Positions 60,104 to 64,000 of a stretch of 64,000 bases of DNA are shown here, piece by piece. The position numbers and the translations under genes were made by a program. Below the pieces are notes generated by a model. That model was not told the origin of the DNA, did not search any database, and saw nothing but the letters and a program-made list of their open reading frames with translations. Source of the DNA: Klebsormidium nitens (Eukaryota > Plantae > Klebsormidiophyceae); the NCBI GenBank assembly GCA_000708835.1, contig DF237036.1:124001-188000 (forward strand), given 5' to 3'. How positions within the stretch are numbered: the stretch's first letter is position 1; each line of letters begins with the position of its first letter.

Positions 60104-62561
60104 ATGCACCGACATCGGAAGCGAGCATCAGCAGCATGGGCCTGCCAAGGCATACTATTGCTCCTGGTCACGACACTGCTGAGCACTCTGTTGCTCTGGA
60201 GCAGAGGGAGAGGCCTTTCACGGCCTGCGACCACCTCACAGGATGTCTTGCCCAAAGTAAGTAGTGTAGGATCCTGTTGTTGTGGAATGAAATCCTGGTG
60301 TATATGCATAATCAATTGGCATTGCATGATGCAGATGTAAGCTTGATCGCTTTAGATCAATGCACGAGTTTTTGTGCGCAGCGTTGATTGATTGCAGCCC
60401 CATTGATGCACCTCTCAGTTGTAGGTGGTTTGCACCTCTCTGCTCCAACATTGCTGACATTGTTAGCTGACCTTATTCAGCTGTGTCAGTTCATATCAGT
60501 GTCATCAGTTCGAGAAAGCAGGTTCTATTTCACCGAGATCCTACCAGCAGAATTTTGACTTTTTGTTCTGTGACCGCTTCTGCCACGATGTATTGAGGCT
60601 GTGCACTGGATTCTGCACTTTTAACCACATAATTCTTACGTCCTAACCAACTTTCATGTAATTCTTATTCTTGTTCGGAAAGGGCTTCAGGGTGGCCATC
60701 TCCAGACTAAGCTGGCAATTCAAGCATAGTCTTGTTGGAGGCGTCGCTGAACTTGAGCTTGACAGTTATGCCTTCTCCTGCCAGGCCAGGAACATAGGAG
60801 TGCACTCAGTGCTGACTGCATCGCAGAACAAGACGAATAGCAACGGAGAAGCAGGGCCGGAGTTTAGTCTGTGGTCTTCAGAGGAAGAGACAAGGAGGTG
60901 GAAGGCATGCTACCAGCGAAGACCGGAGTGGCCAGAACCGCCCCCTCAGGATCAGTCAAGCGGCTATCTACATGTGGCCTTGTCCGGGGGCCTGAACCAG
61001 ATGCGAGTTGGGGTGAGCAAAACTCAGAGGGACATGGTAAATCTTGTTCGAGACCGGTGTCCGTGGCGAAGAAGGTGATTGTCCAAGTAGAAACAATCTC
61101 AGGTACGATCTTGGAACGAGAAGGAGCTTCTTTAAAAAAGGCCAACCGTACGAGTGAGCGAACGAGAAGCGGCTTTCAAGCTGTAACGAAGATTCGCTGC
61201 ACCTTCGCATTCTGAACGTGGAAGTAGACCTCTTGTTCCAGTGTTTCTTTTATCTCTCTCTCAAAATGCTGCTTTGACCCCATGCCTCGAATTCTGGTCA
61301 AGGCACTGATCATAGGCAGACTTCTTTCTCGTCCTCTGGTCTTCACACTCTTGAATCATATCTGTCAATCAATGCGGAACTTCCTTTACTTATGTTTATA
61401 TCGACTTTAGTTCAAGAACATAAGTTGTATTGTTTCGAATCAACTGCTGTTGCAAGTCCACGTTCAGGGTCTCAGGTTCTGGCGCCAGTAGAAACTTTGC
61501 CTATCGTAATGCGGCCCAATATCTTGTCCTTCTAGACCATTCCGGATTCCCATTCCAACCAAAAATCATTATTCTGGTAAATATCACCGCCTCTATCTCA
61601 CAGAAGGGTAAATACTGACTGATAAGGTGTGGAACGGGCCTTTCACACCTCCGGTTATATGTGGTAGGCCGCTGTCTTCCTGCAGCTCTGCGATGCCGTG
61701 GTGGTTGCCCGGGTACTCAATGCCACCCTCGTTGTTCCCCACTTCGACAAAGATTCTTGGTGGGACGATCACAGGTGCGGGCTCCGATTTCATTTGAAAG
61801 GTCGCTGGTCCTTAAAGCTCAAGAGATGCAAGGGGAGAGGGTCTTGCAAGCTGCAATCTCGTAAGATTGTCAGATTGATTGCGAGAAGGATGTTCTCCTG
61901 GCCTTGATCAAGTTTTGTGAAAGGAACGTTGCTTTCTCGAACCCAGTCAATTCTCGAGATTTTTGTCGTCCTGCCCTTCCGAGCAACGCCAGCTGATTGC
62001 AAAGTGCCGGAGTTCCTGATTGAACGAGGTTTTTGTGTAGGACCAACAGAGCCGCGTTCCTCGAGGTGTAGCTGTTGCTTCTGTCAAACTCAGCTGTAGG
62101 CATGGCTCTTCCATATACTTCCGCTTTCATTCCTCCCCAGAAATCTCCGTTCCTTCGTAGTCTAGGACTCTCTCGTCGAAGAAGATCACTTGATTCACAT
62201 TTTGACAGCATTGCCACAGATCCTCCCAAAACCGAAAGTTGCTCTTTGTGAACCCCTTGTGCCACTCCACCGACACCTTGAGAGCATTGGTACAACATAT
62301 GCAGAGAAAAGACGGATACTTTGTTGAGGATCCCCATAAATGAGACCACTTATTAGACATTTCACACTCTCGTCGTATCTACGTGCGCAGTAGTCTCGAA
62401 GAGGTCTTCGATGTGGATCACCTCATCGAAGCCCTGCAAGCAGACGTGCGCATCGTGAAAGCCGTTCCCGATGCGCTCGCGACTGCCAAAGTCACCTCCA
62501 AGCTGTACCCACGGAAGTCCACGCCCCAATTCTATGTCGAGCACGCACTCCCCCTACTCCG
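60104..62561 (+). CDS. O-fucosyltransferase family (plant DUF246/GT106-type) type II membrane glycosyltransferase; 5' part only, continues beyond the window
   Basis: Exons 60104-60256, 60785-61012, 61686-61774, 62391-62561; phases 0, 0, 2. N-terminal TM (GILLLLVTTLLSTLLLWS). Motifs [60 protein letters not shown] and PQFYVEHALPLL. Confidence 0.9.
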
Positions 62562-62715
62562 GTGAGAGAGAACTCTGGAACATCAGCTATCCGATTCTGG
62601 ACGTTATATTGTTCTTCTGCGCCTGGAAACAGTCCGCTATAAGTCACCTCCAAGCTGTATCCACTGAGTCCTCGCGCCACTTCTTGTCGAGCACGCACTT
62701 CCGTACGCAATTGAG
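62480..62715 (+). repeat. Donor-side echo of O-fucosyltransferase exon 4
   Basis: GTCACCTCCAAGCTGTA.CCAC...TGTCGAGCACGCACT at 62491 and 62643, offset 152 nt; the echo carries two 1-nt deletions. Confidence 0.85.
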
Positions 62716-64000
62716 ACAATCTTCAAAAGCATCGCTTGTAACCCGGGTTTTGGGACCCTAATTGCCTCACGAACTCCAAGGTTTTGATGTAGTTGGATCA
62801 AGGCGCGAGAAACTTACGAACTGGATGCGGCAAGTTTGAACGTTCCTGCCACGTGGCGGGGAAAATTACGCCATCTTTTAAGCCCTTTCACCCCTGGCTT
62901 GAGTCTCGAGGTTATGATCAGTGTTTGCATGTGCTTCAGGATCCACAAATTGTCACTTTTGGGAATCTCGATTTAAGCGCTGTGATTTGTCTCACTTTTG
63001 CAAGGGGCCGCTGAACTCGATTTTTAATTCGTCCAGTACGTGCCCCATAAGCTATCGGGCCTTTGCAGAGTCTGCAGTGGATCTTGCGTGAGCTGCCACT
63101 GTGAAGAAGCGTGAAGCATCACCCGGAAGCTCATGCTTGAAGAAGACTTTGCGATGACCGTGCTTGGTGCGTTGCTTCCAGGAGCAAAGGCCAGCTGGAG
63201 CTTCGCAAGTTCGACTTCAGATTGGCGGACCGCATCGACGAGGACCTTCAGAAGGTTAGAGCCGAGTATCCCATCATTGTTATAGTTACCTTCTTTGTCT
63301 TCTCTTGTATGGACCCGGTCGATTGATGGATGCAAGCTTTCCTGCATATCTTTGCGCACCCATCAATGCCTTTGATTGAAGTGGAAAAAGGCAGGCTATG
63401 TTTCCTTTGGCTCTTGTCAGGCCCCTTTCTGGCCAGGGAGAAACGGTTTGCCTTTACAAACGGTGCACTCCTCATCGCCTGCTCGCAAATGCCGGCTGAC
63501 GTTAGCGAGGCTGCTTTTTTGAGCCGTGGCAATGATAATTCGGTGGGTTTGTTTCTTACTCACGGGCAAGTCCTTCATCGCTTGACGCCACTTTTGTATC
63601 CTCTTTCGCCCACCAAGCACACGCATGAGCAACGGCCTTCGCTATCCTTCAGCATGACGTCCAATGGCGGCTTTCTTTTCGGCTCTCGTTTGTGCGACTG
63701 AGACTGGACCCAACTGATTGGTCAAAGGACTCTCTTTTATTGCGATTCCTGCACGCTTTGATCAAGTGGTTAGCACAAAAGACGAACCTCGGCGCTCATC
63801 TAGCACGAGGATTGCCTCGCATGGCAAAGATCGTCGATTCCTTGCAGTGTTTCGTTGGACTTGAGAATCTTCCGCCCGTCAGCACGACATAAGCCAAAGC
63901 GAGTTCGTCTTGGTGACCGGTGGCAGTGATCATTAATAGTGGCTTTTCGCGTTCACCCATTCCAACTCTTGCCCACTCTTGTGACGCCCCGTCAATATCG

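Noticed and set aside
1-64000. tRNA, rRNA or snRNA genes
   Set aside because: No cloverleaf with T-loop/D-loop consensus or rRNA-like segment was recognised by eye; a covariance-model scan would be needed to exclude them fully.

Overview
Eukaryotic, intron-rich genomic DNA with GT-AG introns. The gene set (NAL1-type protease, fasciclin-like AGP, plant O-fucosyltransferase family, HRGP-like proteins) points to a streptophyte; a Klebsormidium-like alga is my inference only. Bases 1 to ~21 kb hold no identifiable intact gene, only fragmented coding-like sequence (possible decayed mobile or viral DNA). The rest holds a NAL1-like trypsin-type protease (+), a 10-exon HAD 5'-nucleotidase (-), two convergent Pro-rich single-pass surface proteins, a ~6 kb tandem segmental duplication with reciprocal gene loss (F-box/LRR, a signal-peptide exon, fasciclin), a two-domain fasciclin-like AGP (-) and the 5' part of an O-fucosyltransferase-family gene (+). 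The most unusual signal is that many introns are built from tandem 'echoes' of the adjacent splice junction (partial exon + splice site + flanking intron). Most units are 115-160 nt, they diverge more with distance from the true exon, and they occur in at least three unrelated genes. Some echoes differ from the real exon mainly or only at synonymous positions. All gene models were built by hand from splice signals and reading frame, without transcript data.
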